Shown here one piece after another: positions 8,816 to 17,869 of a DNA stretch of 64,000 bases. The notes beneath the pieces are model-generated. The model was given only the letters and a program-made list of their open reading frames with translations, made no database searches and was not told the DNA's origin. The DNA is from a virus. Position 1 is the stretch's first letter; each line of letters begins with the position of its first letter. Position numbers and translations under genes: made by a program. The stretch lies in IMG/VR virus record IMGVR_UViG_3300042341_001047; one strand, written 5' to 3'.

Positions 8816-10651
8816 CTATCTATTATCTATGTAAATGATTACTTCACAGTAATATTCAATAAAGTGTTCATTCCACAAATCCCATTTGATATCAACACCA
8901 TCAAATGAGTAAACTTGTATGTTATTAAATTTAGGAAGTATGTTTTTTCTAAACCATCTAAATTTACATTTATCAAATGTTTCATTATCTCTTAAATGGA
9001 ATTCAGTAACAATTTTTGGAATTGTTTTTAAGAATTCAATATTACTTGGTTGGAATACATCATATTCACCACCCTCACAATCACATTTTAAGAAATCAAT
9101 TTTATCAATTCCATTTTCATCTAAAAATTCTCTAAATGTAAATGTTGGAACACTTTCTGTAACATTATCCCAAGATATTTCAATTTTCTTTTTATCTGTA
9201 ATTGCTCCCTGAATTATTTTCACATTATCTTTACCAACATTTTTATTTAATATATCAATTTGATGTGATAAAGGCTCAACAACATAACATTGTTTTGGAT
9301 TTTTTGGTAGAATTTTATATGTGAATGGACCTATAGACGCTCCTAAATCCACAACAATATCACCTTCTTCTACTTCAAAAAATCTTTCATATGTATTATC
9401 CTCAAATACTTCTTTGATTGCAGCATCTACATACTGATTATCTTTTTTACCCCAATCAAAATTTTGATAATCATTTTCTTCTACTTCACCGTTGATAATT
9501 TTATTGATTTGTTTAATCACCATATCAGAACCTATTTTTTTTGTACACTCAAACATACGTTCTGTATTTTTGTGTTTTGGACACCAATTCCAATCACCAG
9601 CATCTAATCTATCACTATTAAAACATCCATGACAAACTGACTTATTAATTACTCTATAAGTATTTAACAAAGTTTCAGCCCATTCTTCACTAAACCCAGA
9701 TATTAAAACAACAGGTAATCCGATTGACCAAGCTAACCAACTTAATCCAGATGCAAGTCCAATAAAAAACTCACAAGTTGACATATCACTTATAACATCT
9801 TTCATAGAACCACCTGGGAATTTTTGTATTCCTTTTGGTTGAAAGTTACCCATATATCCATCATTCTCTCTGGAATAAAGAACAACTTCATATCCCTTTT
9901 TAATTAAGTAATTCACAACTTCTTGCCATCCTGTTGGATTATTCCAATATTTTGCTTGTGCGGTTGAGTGCATAGCAAATCCAACTCTTTTCTTTTTAGT
10001 TGTAGAGATATTAGGAAGATTAGCAGAAACTTCTTTATAATCAAGTCCTAATATATCACTTGCTGTTTGTTGAAGTGGTATTTTCTTAAAATCTTTTGGA
10101 TTCAAATTTTGATTAAATAATCCATTGTTATAAAACCATCCGATTTTATAGTGAGCATAAATATTCTCAAATCCTTGCCCTGGGCTTACAAATTCTAAAT
10201 CAGGATATTGGTCAATAAATAAATCGTTCATAAATGTAGATATTGCTACCTGACATGAATGTTTCTTTCTGAACTCTTCAGCATATGGGAACCAAGCAAG
10301 TGTATCTCCTAAGGCTTTTGACTCAAGTGAAATATAAACCTTTTTACCAGTAAAATCTATCTTTTGGTCATAAACAACCTGGTCTTTTTTAGTTATTCTA
10401 ACTCTCCAATCAGCATAATACTCCCTATTAACTTTGGTCCACATACCACATCTTATATTAGATGAGTGTACTAGCCTATCTCCATCAATAAATTCAACTA
10501 AAAAGTTATCTTTAGAATTTCCTGATATCTCAACAGTAGGATTTCTTAAAAAAGAAACATTAAAGTTATACTTCTCTGGAATTTTATTTTCTGTAATAGA
10601 GGTACTATTATAAGCGTTAATATATTTCTGTGTTGTTAAAAATGTACTCAT
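8816..10651 (-). CDS. Aah/TibC-like heptosyltransferase fused to FkbM-family methyltransferase
   Basis: ALGDTLAW, FIGLASGLSWLAW, CHGC..WCP..FEC cysteines; C-terminal VVDLGASIG and KCDCEGGE. Confidence 0.75.
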   Translation of the reverse strand: MSTFLTTQKYINAYNSTSITENKIPEKYNFNVSFLRNPTVEISGNSKDNFLVEFIDGDRLVHSSNIRCGMWTKVNREYYADWRVRITKKDQVVYDQKIDFTGKKVYISLESKALGDTLAWFPYAEEFRKKHSCQVAISTFMNDLFIDQYPDLEFVSPGQGFENIYAHYKIGWFYNNGLFNQNLNPKDFKKIPLQQTASDILGLDYKEVSANLPNISTTKKKRVGFAMHSTAQAKYWNNPTGWQEVVNYLIKKGYEVVLYSRENDGYMGNFQPKGIQKFPGGSMKDVISDMSTCEFFIGLASGLSWLAWSIGLPVVLISGFSEEWAETLLNTYRVINKSVCHGCFNSDRLDAGDWNWCPKHKNTERMFECTKKIGSDMVIKQINKIINGEVEENDYQNFDWGKKDNQYVDAAIKEVFEDNTYERFFEVEEGDIVVDLGASIGPFTYKILPKNPKQCYVVEPLSHQIDILNKNVGKDNVKIIQGAITDKKKIEISWDNVTESVPTFTFREFLDENGIDKIDFLKCDCEGGEYDVFQPSNIEFLKTIPKIVTEFHLRDNETFDKCKFRWFRKNILPKFNNIQVYSFDGVDIKWDLWNEHFIEYYCEVIIYIDNR

Positions 10652-11585
10652 CTTTGTTTAATGTTTTTTTTATTGCCTGTGTGTCAATTTCTGTATAACC
10701 ACTAAGGAATGTAATATTTTCATGACTACTATAAGAACCACAATATGTTTTTAAATCAAACATAAGTATTGGAATATCATAACATAAAACTTCTTTTATA
10801 ACTAATGGGTTAAGTTCTAATGTAGAAGTAAATAAAAGCATATCAGAAGCCATTATGAAATCTTCAACATCCGATCTTTCTCCCCAGACTATACAATTCT
10901 CTGGTTTATTATTCATTAATGGTTCCCAATAACTTCTGAAGTTTTCAGCTTGGTTTCCTAAAAAATGAAACTTTATCTTCTCATTCAATAATAATCTAGC
11001 GATATCAAAAATATAAGCTTGATTTTTACCAGGAGTGAATAATCCAATGTTTATAATATGTTTATATCCATCATCTAATCCTAATCGAGTCTTTGCTTCG
11101 GAATCTATCTCTTTTTTATCTATTGGATATTCAATAACAACAGAATCAACTCCAAAGTGACTATACATATTTTTAGACCACTCTGAAACAAAAATAAATT
11201 TATCTGGTAAGTTTACTTTTGAAATTGATTTATCATCAGACCCATGTGTTGTTTCTATTATTTTATATGTTCTATCTTCTTTAAAAATGAAATTACACAC
11301 CTCTATATCCATAAAAGTTTCCGAGAATTCCTCAATGTGTATTATATCAGGTTTTATATTAGTCAATAAGTCAATTAACTTATTTTTATCTCCAAATATT
11401 GGAATAAATCTATCACCAATCAAATCAATAACTTTATTTCTTTGAACAACGTATTGTGATGATAAAAAACTATATTCTATACAATAAATTTCATAGAACT
11501 CTCTTAACATCTCAATTCTTTTTAGAACAAATTGAGGACACCCACCAGTTGACATATGGGGTGTTATAATAATTAGTTTTTCCAT
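10617..11585 (-). CDS. glycosyltransferase family 4 (GT-B)
   Basis: STGGCPQ, GLFTPGKNQ, ASDMLLFTS..ELNPLVIKE. Confidence 0.75.
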   Translation of the reverse strand: MEKLIIITPHMSTGGCPQFVLKRIEMLREFYEIYCIEYSFLSSQYVVQRNKVIDLIGDRFIPIFGDKNKLIDLLTNIKPDIIHIEEFSETFMDIEVCNFIFKEDRTYKIIETTHGSDDKSISKVNLPDKFIFVSEWSKNMYSHFGVDSVVIEYPIDKKEIDSEAKTRLGLDDGYKHIINIGLFTPGKNQAYIFDIARLLLNEKIKFHFLGNQAENFRSYWEPLMNNKPENCIVWGERSDVEDFIMASDMLLFTSTLELNPLVIKEVLCYDIPILMFDLKTYCGSYSSHENITFLSGYTEIDTQAIKKTLNKDEYIFNNTEIY

Positions 11586-11591
11586 ACCCTC

Positions 11592-11618
11592 TTATATAAA
11601 AAATTAAAATATAAGTTT
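11592..11618 (-). promoter_or_regulatory. putative phage middle promoter AAAC-N16-TATATAA
   Basis: Representative of seven sites with 15-16 nt spacing (see findings). Confidence 0.55.
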
Positions 11619-11640
11619 CTATTTTTTAATATATACATTT

Positions 11641-12387
11641 ATGAAAGTTAATAAATATTTTGAATTTGTTCAGGCTGACTTAGAACCTATTAAGTCTTTT
11701 TATATTAAAGATGAGTTGAATCCTAAATTATGGGATAACTTTGAATTAGATGGAGAAGTCAGAGAACAATTGATTAAAATCGCTCAAGACTTTTACGAAT
11801 CAACTGAGCTTAAAGCCGATGTTAAAGATATTATACTAACAGGGTCTTTAGCTAATTACAATTGGTCAGAAAAATACTCTGATTATGACTTACACATTCT
11901 AATTGATTTCGATGATGTTGATGATAATGTTGAGTTGGTTAAAAAGTTTGCTGATGCTGCTAAGAAAAACTGGAATGATGAACATGATATCAAAATAAAA
12001 GGATATGAAGTAGAAGTTTATATACAAGATATTGATGAACCACATAAATCAAGTGGTGTTTTCTCACTACTTAATGATAAATGGAATGTTAGACCAGAAA
12101 AGATAGAATTTGAACCAGATGAAGAAGCTCTTAGAGAAAAGGCAAAATCAGTAATGATGTCTGTTGATGGATTAGAAGAAGAAGTAGATGAAGACAAATA
12201 TGAAAAATTCCATGAAAAGTTAAATAAAGTATGGGATAAAATTAAAAACTACAGAAAAAGTGGATTAGAAGAAGAAGGTGGTGAATTATCACTTGGAAAT
12301 CTTGTATTCAAACTACTTAGAAGAAATGGATACATTGAGAAGATTATGAAACTTAAAAGAAAGTCATATGATAAACAATTCAATTAA
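11641..12387 (+). CDS. Pol-beta superfamily nucleotidyltransferase with capsid-targeting-like N-terminus
   Basis: GSLANYNWS..SDYDLH and EVEVY; N-terminus MKVNKYFEF. Confidence 0.7.
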   Translation: MKVNKYFEFVQADLEPIKSFYIKDELNPKLWDNFELDGEVREQLIKIAQDFYESTELKADVKDIILTGSLANYNWSEKYSDYDLHILIDFDDVDDNVELVKKFADAAKKNWNDEHDIKIKGYEVEVYIQDIDEPHKSSGVFSLLNDKWNVRPEKIEFEPDEEALREKAKSVMMSVDGLEEEVDEDKYEKFHEKLNKVWDKIKNYRKSGLEEEGGELSLGNLVFKLLRRNGYIEKIMKLKRKSYDKQFN

Positions 12388-12389
12388 AT

Positions 12390-13082
12390 ATGGAAATTAA
12401 AATATCAGAAATAGAACAAATATTCAAAGATATCTTTGAAGAAGAAGGTGTCGTAAATACGGTAGAATCCGTATACGAAATGTCACCTGAGGAAGACTTC
12501 TATAAGTTAGTTATCTCAATTCATGGATTAGCGGTACAAGATGTATCAATAATACATACTAAATTTATATTCAAAGCTGATTTAGATAAGAGAAATATAA
12601 TAGAAAATTCATTTATATATCTATATGATTTAAATTGTGTTTATCATAAAATTGAATTCTCTAATGTAGTCGATATGAAGAAGAAGATAGAGGATATAAT
12701 AGAATCTAATAACTTTGGAGAAGACTTACAAATTCTTTCAGATTTTATTGAAGCACCATCTATGTTCTTAAACTACTATATGAGAAGAGCAAAGATTACA
12801 GATTACTCAATCTTTGACGTAGAGTATGAACCTAAGTTCAAAACAACTCCTTGTGATAAAACAACATTCGATTTTAAAATAAACATTAATAATAACTATA
12901 ATATGGAGTTATCTATACAAAAAATAGATAGAACTGATAAAGAAGAATTAGATACTTATAAATTTCAATTCAAATTTATGGATGAAATAGAGACTATTGA
13001 AACAGACACATTAAAAAATGTTCACTTCTTTATAGGAGATAATATAGCTGCCATACTTGATAAAAAATTGAAAAATAAGTAG
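12390..13082 (+). CDS. hypothetical protein
   Basis: 230-aa ORF in an operon-like arrangement. Confidence 0.6.
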   Translation: MEIKISEIEQIFKDIFEEEGVVNTVESVYEMSPEEDFYKLVISIHGLAVQDVSIIHTKFIFKADLDKRNIIENSFIYLYDLNCVYHKIEFSNVVDMKKKIEDIIESNNFGEDLQILSDFIEAPSMFLNYYMRRAKITDYSIFDVEYEPKFKTTPCDKTTFDFKININNNYNMELSIQKIDRTDKEELDTYKFQFKFMDEIETIETDTLKNVHFFIGDNIAAILDKKLKNK

Positions 13083-13747
13083 TGAGATATTTAGAAAAAT
13101 TTGTAACATACTTAAATGAATCTTCTGAAGATATAACAGATTTATCTAAAGAAGATTTAGATGAGTTATTAATTCCTATTACTGACCTAGGAATTGAATA
13201 TTCTTTTTCAGAACCGAGAACTATAACTGAAGGTGAATTTTCCGGATATAAATCTATTAATATAATATTTAGAAACTCTTTTAAATTAGGACCATCTGGT
13301 GGATACACTGAACAAATTATTGATGATAAGTTTTGGGAATTTTTAGATGAGTTAATAGCTCTTAAAAATCGTTTAGAAAGCTCTAGAGTTTCAATAAATC
13401 CACATATGAGACATCATATAATAGTTACTTTTATACAAAAAGCTAAAGTTGAAGGAAGTTTATTTTTAGTTCAACAACTTTTCAACGAGATGAGTAAAAG
13501 AACAAATGTTTCTAAAAGTGACTTTTCAAATAATATGACTAAAAGATTACATAAAGAAGACTTGAAAATTGTTGTTAATTGTAGTAATGGTTATAGAGAA
13601 GGTGCTTATACCGATAGAAAGTGGAATGGTCTTTTTAGAGGTATAGATTTTTCTAAATTTAATGTTGAAAAGGAAATTACTGAAGATAGTTATGGTGATA
13701 AAAGTGCTATCATTACAATAACACTAAAACCCGAATTTAGAGATTAA
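13082..13747 (+). CDS. hypothetical protein with capsid-targeting-like N-terminus
   Basis: GTG start; MRYLEKFVTYLNES. Confidence 0.6.
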   Translation: MRYLEKFVTYLNESSEDITDLSKEDLDELLIPITDLGIEYSFSEPRTITEGEFSGYKSINIIFRNSFKLGPSGGYTEQIIDDKFWEFLDELIALKNRLESSRVSINPHMRHHIIVTFIQKAKVEGSLFLVQQLFNEMSKRTNVSKSDFSNNMTKRLHKEDLKIVVNCSNGYREGAYTDRKWNGLFRGIDFSKFNVEKEITEDSYGDKSAIITITLKPEFRD

Positions 13748-13773
13748 TATATACAAAAAAGTAATTCTATAAA

Positions 13774-14202
13774 ATGACTTATAAAGAAAATACACCTACA
13801 TTCAATGTAAATAGAAAAGTAGTTAACTTTAAAGACTTCTTGTCCGATCCAAAAGGAGAAGAAACAGATTTAAAAAAAGTTAGAAGATCAACTAAGCCTA
13901 ATTCTGAAGACCAACAACACGTTGGGAACTCAAGATATAAATTCAATAAAACAACTCGTAAAATGGATGATTTAAGTCCTGCTGAAATAGATGATAGTAT
14001 TGAAGCTATTGAGGATTTCGAAGGAACTAATGAAAATGTTGATGTTGAGGATAAAAAAATAGAAATATGGAATAGTATAACAGACATGACTCAAGATAGA
14101 CATGCTCCAAAACTTGATAAATGGATAAATAGTTTAAGTGAAGAAGAACTTAATATTATCTATAATAGTATTAAAAAAAACGATTTGTTATCTAAATTTT
14201 AA
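13774..14202 (+). CDS. hypothetical late protein
   Basis: TAATATATA upstream; ends at a terminator. Confidence 0.6.
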   Translation: MTYKENTPTFNVNRKVVNFKDFLSDPKGEETDLKKVRRSTKPNSEDQQHVGNSRYKFNKTTRKMDDLSPAEIDDSIEAIEDFEGTNENVDVEDKKIEIWNSITDMTQDRHAPKLDKWINSLSEEELNIIYNSIKKNDLLSKF

Positions 14203-14203
14203 T

Positions 14204-14232
14204 AAAAAACTCAGAGAAATCTGAGTTTTTTT
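14204..14232. terminator. bidirectional intrinsic terminator
   Basis: AAAAACTCAGA-GAAA-TCTGAGTTTTT. Confidence 0.75.
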
Positions 14233-14455
14233 ATTTAAGTATTTTATTTAGTTTATATTCTCTTTTATCTTCTAATTCAAGTGGTTCAGCTATTAACTCA
14301 CCATCCGATATTTTAATTTGCCATTTATTACCGGTCTTCTCATCTAATAGAACTAACTTACTAATAACTGTACAACCATCAACATCAACATTAATTGCGG
14401 TTGAGTTTGATGAACTATTTATATTAAATACACTAGGATTACAAGCTCTTGCCAT
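14231..14455 (-). CDS. small protein with C-terminal tag
   Basis: C-terminal KREYKLNKILK. Confidence 0.55.
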   Translation of the reverse strand: MARACNPSVFNINSSSNSTAINVDVDGCTVISKLVLLDEKTGNKWQIKISDGELIAEPLELEDKREYKLNKILK

Positions 14456-15188
14456 CTAAAATATTATCAATTTTTATATCTCTTTGTAAAGACGTATATT
14501 GTTTAAATGCCTCAGAAGTTTCATCTTCAATTACAAAAAATAATTTAGAGTCATTTACATTATAATCAATATCATATTCTATGACAATTCTCGGAGCGAA
14601 TGATCCAGGATAAGGTGTTTCATAAGCTTTCATTTCACCTACATTAAATTCAACTGCATTAAACAAACAAATTCTACCATCATTAAATTTCATATATGGA
14701 TCACTATAAACTTCAACACTACCTCCTAATTTACCATAACACTGAGGTTCACCTCCATTTTTCAAATCATGTGTTGTCATATAAGGTGAGAAAGCCGAAC
14801 TATCTTGTAATTCAGAGGCTATAAGTCCAGTAGTAATTAAGTTATTATAATTATCTCCAGTTAACAAACTTACTAATTGCTCAAGATATTTCCTACCATT
14901 CATTAATGAGCCATCAGGTCTTAAGTCTAAGTAATCAAATTTATGAGTAGTAAATAATCTCTTAGTGAGAGTTCTAATAATACTATTTGAAATTTCATTT
15001 TTAATAGCATTAACTAGATGAGGTTCCATATCTATATTAAGATATTCATTTTTCATTTCTGATGTTAAAACGGGAACTGAAAACTTTTTAGTCTCAAAAT
15101 TAGTAAGGTTTTTATTTTCGACCATCCAACGTTGAGAGGTAATAAAATCTCTTGTATTACTATTAAATAAATCTACTATGCTATTCAT
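14439..15188 (-). CDS. truncated major capsid protein paralog with tag
   Basis: LITTGLIASELQD, YSDPYMKFNDGRI and SFAPRI align to MCP LITNGGLAAALQD, YVDPYMRYNDNRI and TFAPRM; C-terminal QRDIKIDNIL. Confidence 0.75.
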   Translation of the reverse strand: MNSIVDLFNSNTRDFITSQRWMVENKNLTNFETKKFSVPVLTSEMKNEYLNIDMEPHLVNAIKNEISNSIIRTLTKRLFTTHKFDYLDLRPDGSLMNGRKYLEQLVSLLTGDNYNNLITTGLIASELQDSSAFSPYMTTHDLKNGGEPQCYGKLGGSVEVYSDPYMKFNDGRICLFNAVEFNVGEMKAYETPYPGSFAPRIVIEYDIDYNVNDSKLFFVIEDETSEAFKQYTSLQRDIKIDNILDGKSL

Positions 15189-15385
15189 ATCAGTTGAAAT
15201 CTTCTTTGTCCATCCTCAGAAGTTGAGTTCCAAATATCTAATGGTCTAACATAAATAGAACCAAAGTTGATAGATTTATAAACTACCAACTTTTCTCCTG
15301 TTTCTGTATGAGTGGCTAAAGTAATTACTTCGTAAGTACCTCCTTTATAATGTTTATATCTCTGTCTCGGTAGTGGATACTCCAT
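15185..15385 (-). CDS. DUF1653 family protein
   Basis: YKHYKGGTYEV...HTETGEKLVVY...YVRP. Confidence 0.8.
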   Translation of the reverse strand: MEYPLPRQRYKHYKGGTYEVITLATHTETGEKLVVYKSINFGSIYVRPLDIWNSTSEDGQRRFQLI

Positions 15386-16337
15386 GATTGATGTTTAATT
15401 TTTTACCAGTAGTTGGGTCATAATTCATAATTAGTAACTCAACTCCTTTTTCTTGTTCTTTTTTAGTATCTGAGTTATTCCCACCTTGAGCAGAACTTCT
15501 AAATACTTCTTTCTCAGTCCAAATATATTGGTCTCTTGGTAACAATTCTTCTAATAAAGGAAAATAGTAATAAGATAATGACCAACGAGATTTTGAATTT
15601 TTAATTAGATCCAATAGTCTTCTATGAGAAGCTGGTCCAAATACTCCTTCTTTATCAGCTCCATACCAAGATAATCTTTTAGCATCATCATCACCATTTA
15701 CATCTGGTCTGTGATATGGTGGATCTAAATACAAGTAAGTATCTTCTGAGTCATATTTATTAATAAGTTCTTCAAAATCAACATTATTGAACTCTTTAAT
15801 AGATTTTAACTTTGCAGTGTATTTGTTCTTTTTTAATTTATCAATAAGAACTTCTAATTTCAAACGGTCTTTATCTTTTTTATAACCATTAAAACCAGCA
15901 CCACGAGGATAAACTGAGTTATGAGCTGAAGTGATTAAGAAAGCATAAATAGAAGCTTTTTTGAAGTCACCTATTTCAAAATCCATATTATCTAGGAATT
16001 CATTCTTAATATATTTCTTATAAATTTCTTTATAGAAGTCCCATTTCTTTAATGGTTCTGTTTCATCTGTATGAAGTAAAGTTTTTTTCAAAGCCTCTAA
16101 ATACTTAACAAATGTTTCAGGCTCAGAACAACACTTATATAGATTCGCCTGGTGACGATTTTTATCATTATAGATAACTACATCAAACTTTAAGTTTGGG
16201 TCGTCCATATATGTTCCCATGGCTCCAGAGAATGGTTCTAAATAGGTTTTTATACTTCCATCTTTAGGAATTTTTGAATTTATGAATTCAATGAAAACAT
16301 TTGAGGATTTACCTCCAAAATAGCTTATTACACTCAT
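15354..16337 (-). CDS. DNA adenine methyltransferase (Dam/D12 class)
   Basis: SYFGGKS, YLEPFSG and YLDPPY motifs. Confidence 0.85.
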   Translation of the reverse strand: MSVISYFGGKSSNVFIEFINSKIPKDGSIKTYLEPFSGAMGTYMDDPNLKFDVVIYNDKNRHQANLYKCCSEPETFVKYLEALKKTLLHTDETEPLKKWDFYKEIYKKYIKNEFLDNMDFEIGDFKKASIYAFLITSAHNSVYPRGAGFNGYKKDKDRLKLEVLIDKLKKNKYTAKLKSIKEFNNVDFEELINKYDSEDTYLYLDPPYHRPDVNGDDDAKRLSWYGADKEGVFGPASHRRLLDLIKNSKSRWSLSYYYFPLLEELLPRDQYIWTEKEVFRSSAQGGNNSDTKKEQEKGVELLIMNYDPTTGKKLNINHGVSTTETEI

Positions 16338-16339
16338 TA

Positions 16340-16843
16340 TTAATCTAATTTATTTTTATCTTTTATTATATCTTCGATTGAAGGTTTTTGATTTGCTAAT
16401 TTTAATTCTTCTCTAACATCCATTAGAATTTTACCAAGATGATTTTCACCTTTACCATTACAAACTCCCCAGAAATAATCATGCCACCAGTTACCCTCAA
16501 TAAGTTCATGATCATCAGTATCAATTAATAATTGAGCCAATTCTTCATTTTTAAACTTCTCGCGAACACCCCAGTTCATTACTTCTAATTTCTTTTCATC
16601 CCAATTACTTCGTAGTTTTACTTTAGAACCTATTCTTTTAACTTCAGCAGGATTTGAAATTTTAGCAATCATTTCTCTGAAATCACCAGGAGTGAAATAA
16701 GTACCATTTATTAATTGCTGATCATTAACTTTCATTGCGACATAAAAGTTTTCAACGGATGGGTATGTAATACCTTGGTGTTCTATCTTACAAGGATAGA
16801 AATTGGATAAGAATCTCCAACGACCTTCAAATTTATCAATCAT
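16340..16843 (-). CDS. NADAR (YbiA-like) hydrolase
   Basis: FLSNFY, YPSVENFY, W..KKLEVM...REKF, D.FWGV...GENHLGKILM. Confidence 0.85.
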   Translation of the reverse strand: MIDKFEGRWRFLSNFYPCKIEHQGITYPSVENFYVAMKVNDQQLINGTYFTPGDFREMIAKISNPAEVKRIGSKVKLRSNWDEKKLEVMNWGVREKFKNEELAQLLIDTDDHELIEGNWWHDYFWGVCNGKGENHLGKILMDVREELKLANQKPSIEDIIKDKNKLD

Positions 16844-16872
16844 AGATATTATATAATTAGATTAAACAAAGT

Positions 16873-17199
16873 TTACCAATACCAAGGTGCATCTTTGTAG
16901 TTATCTTCAAAGATATAATTCTCATCACCTTTCATGATTCTATGTACTACTTGTTTAGATTTGGCTCTTTGTGAACGATTAAGCATATTTCTATACCACC
17001 AAGGTGCGCTATTAAAATATCCATTATATTCATTATGGAATTTTTGACGAAGCCTTTCGTTAATTTCACAAAGACGTGAATTTTGAGGACGACTCCATTT
17101 AGGGTATCTTGGTGTAGAATCGTATATATAATCATGCTCTTTTTTAAGAGAAATATATTCTTTTTCTCTTAACCAGTGTTTGTTTGTGTGTTTTGACAT
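16873..17199 (-). CDS. basic, Trp-rich hypothetical protein
   Basis: 108 aa; SAPWWYR and C-terminal PWYW. Confidence 0.6.
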   Translation of the reverse strand: MSKHTNKHWLREKEYISLKKEHDYIYDSTPRYPKWSRPQNSRLCEINERLRQKFHNEYNGYFNSAPWWYRNMLNRSQRAKSKQVVHRIMKGDENYIFEDNYKDAPWYW

Positions 17200-17256
17200 A
17201 TGTATAAGTTATTTTTTAAATACTTACATGTCAATTCTATCTCTTAATTTTTTCAT
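17193..17256 (-). promoter_or_regulatory. leader peptide (MKKLRDRIDM) plus hairpin covering the downstream start codon
   Basis: uORF 17224..17256; imperfect inverted repeat 17193-17209 / 17222-17234 spans ATG 17199. Confidence 0.45.
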
Positions 17257-17318
17257 ATTCCTAATTTTGTAGACCCAGGTGACCAAGGCAAATGATATGT
17301 TCTGTTATACTTACTCAT
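17253..17318 (-). pseudogene. N-terminal remnant of an RNA ligase gene
   Basis: MSKYNRTYHLPWSPGSTKLGI*; KYxRTxHLPWSPG is typical of RNA-ligase N-termini; TATATTTG promoter at 17323-17330. Confidence 0.55.
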
Positions 17319-17347
17319 TTTACAAATATATATAATTTTCTCATAAT

Positions 17348-17390
17348 AAAAAAAGACCTCACTCCCATTTCAGGAAGTGAGGTCTAAAAA
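17348..17390 (-). terminator. terminator downstream of tmRNA
   Basis: AGACCTCACT...AGTGAGGTCT stem with flanking T-tract. Confidence 0.7.
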
Positions 17391-17412
17391 ATCGATATTA
17401 CTATCGAACTTG

Positions 17413-17794
17413 TGGAGATGACGTTGTACTGCCCAACGTGTCTTTTTCAGTTACTAATAATTACTCATTCACAGGCTTAGAAAGTTTTTCTTAACTTACA
17501 AACTATTTACTTGATTTTGAAAGACTCTAACAAGTAAAAACAATAAATCTCACCTTTTTTAACCCCGTGTGAATCGGGATGGAGAATTTTTTGATAACAA
17601 CTATTGTTTAGACAGTTGCTAGATCTTCTACAGAGATCATGTTGTTTTGTAGAGCCGCTACTAAATCTTCACGAGTTCCTACTTCATTTGTTTTGCCATT
17701 TACGACTTTGCCATCTAATTTATAAATCGGTCATTTGACAACCCGATACCTGCATAAATACCACCACTCTGCAAATCAATTCTAAAACATCCCC
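17413..17794 (-). ncRNA. ssrA: tmRNA (one-piece)
   Basis: Acceptor stem GGGGATG/CATCTCC with G3-U70 and discriminator A; T-arm ACGTTG-GGCAGTA-CAACGT; tag frame 17697..17608; 382 nt; TACATTTG promoter at 17821-17828. Confidence 0.9.
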
Positions 17795-17869
17795 AAGTGT
17801 GTATATTTGTTACTATTCTACAAATGTATATATAATATTCTAAAATAACAAAAAGTTTAATAAATTTAA

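Noticed and set aside
17413-17450. Stand-alone tRNA-Ala
   Set aside because: The matching 5' acceptor strand is about 380 nt away with a tag frame in between, so this is tmRNA.
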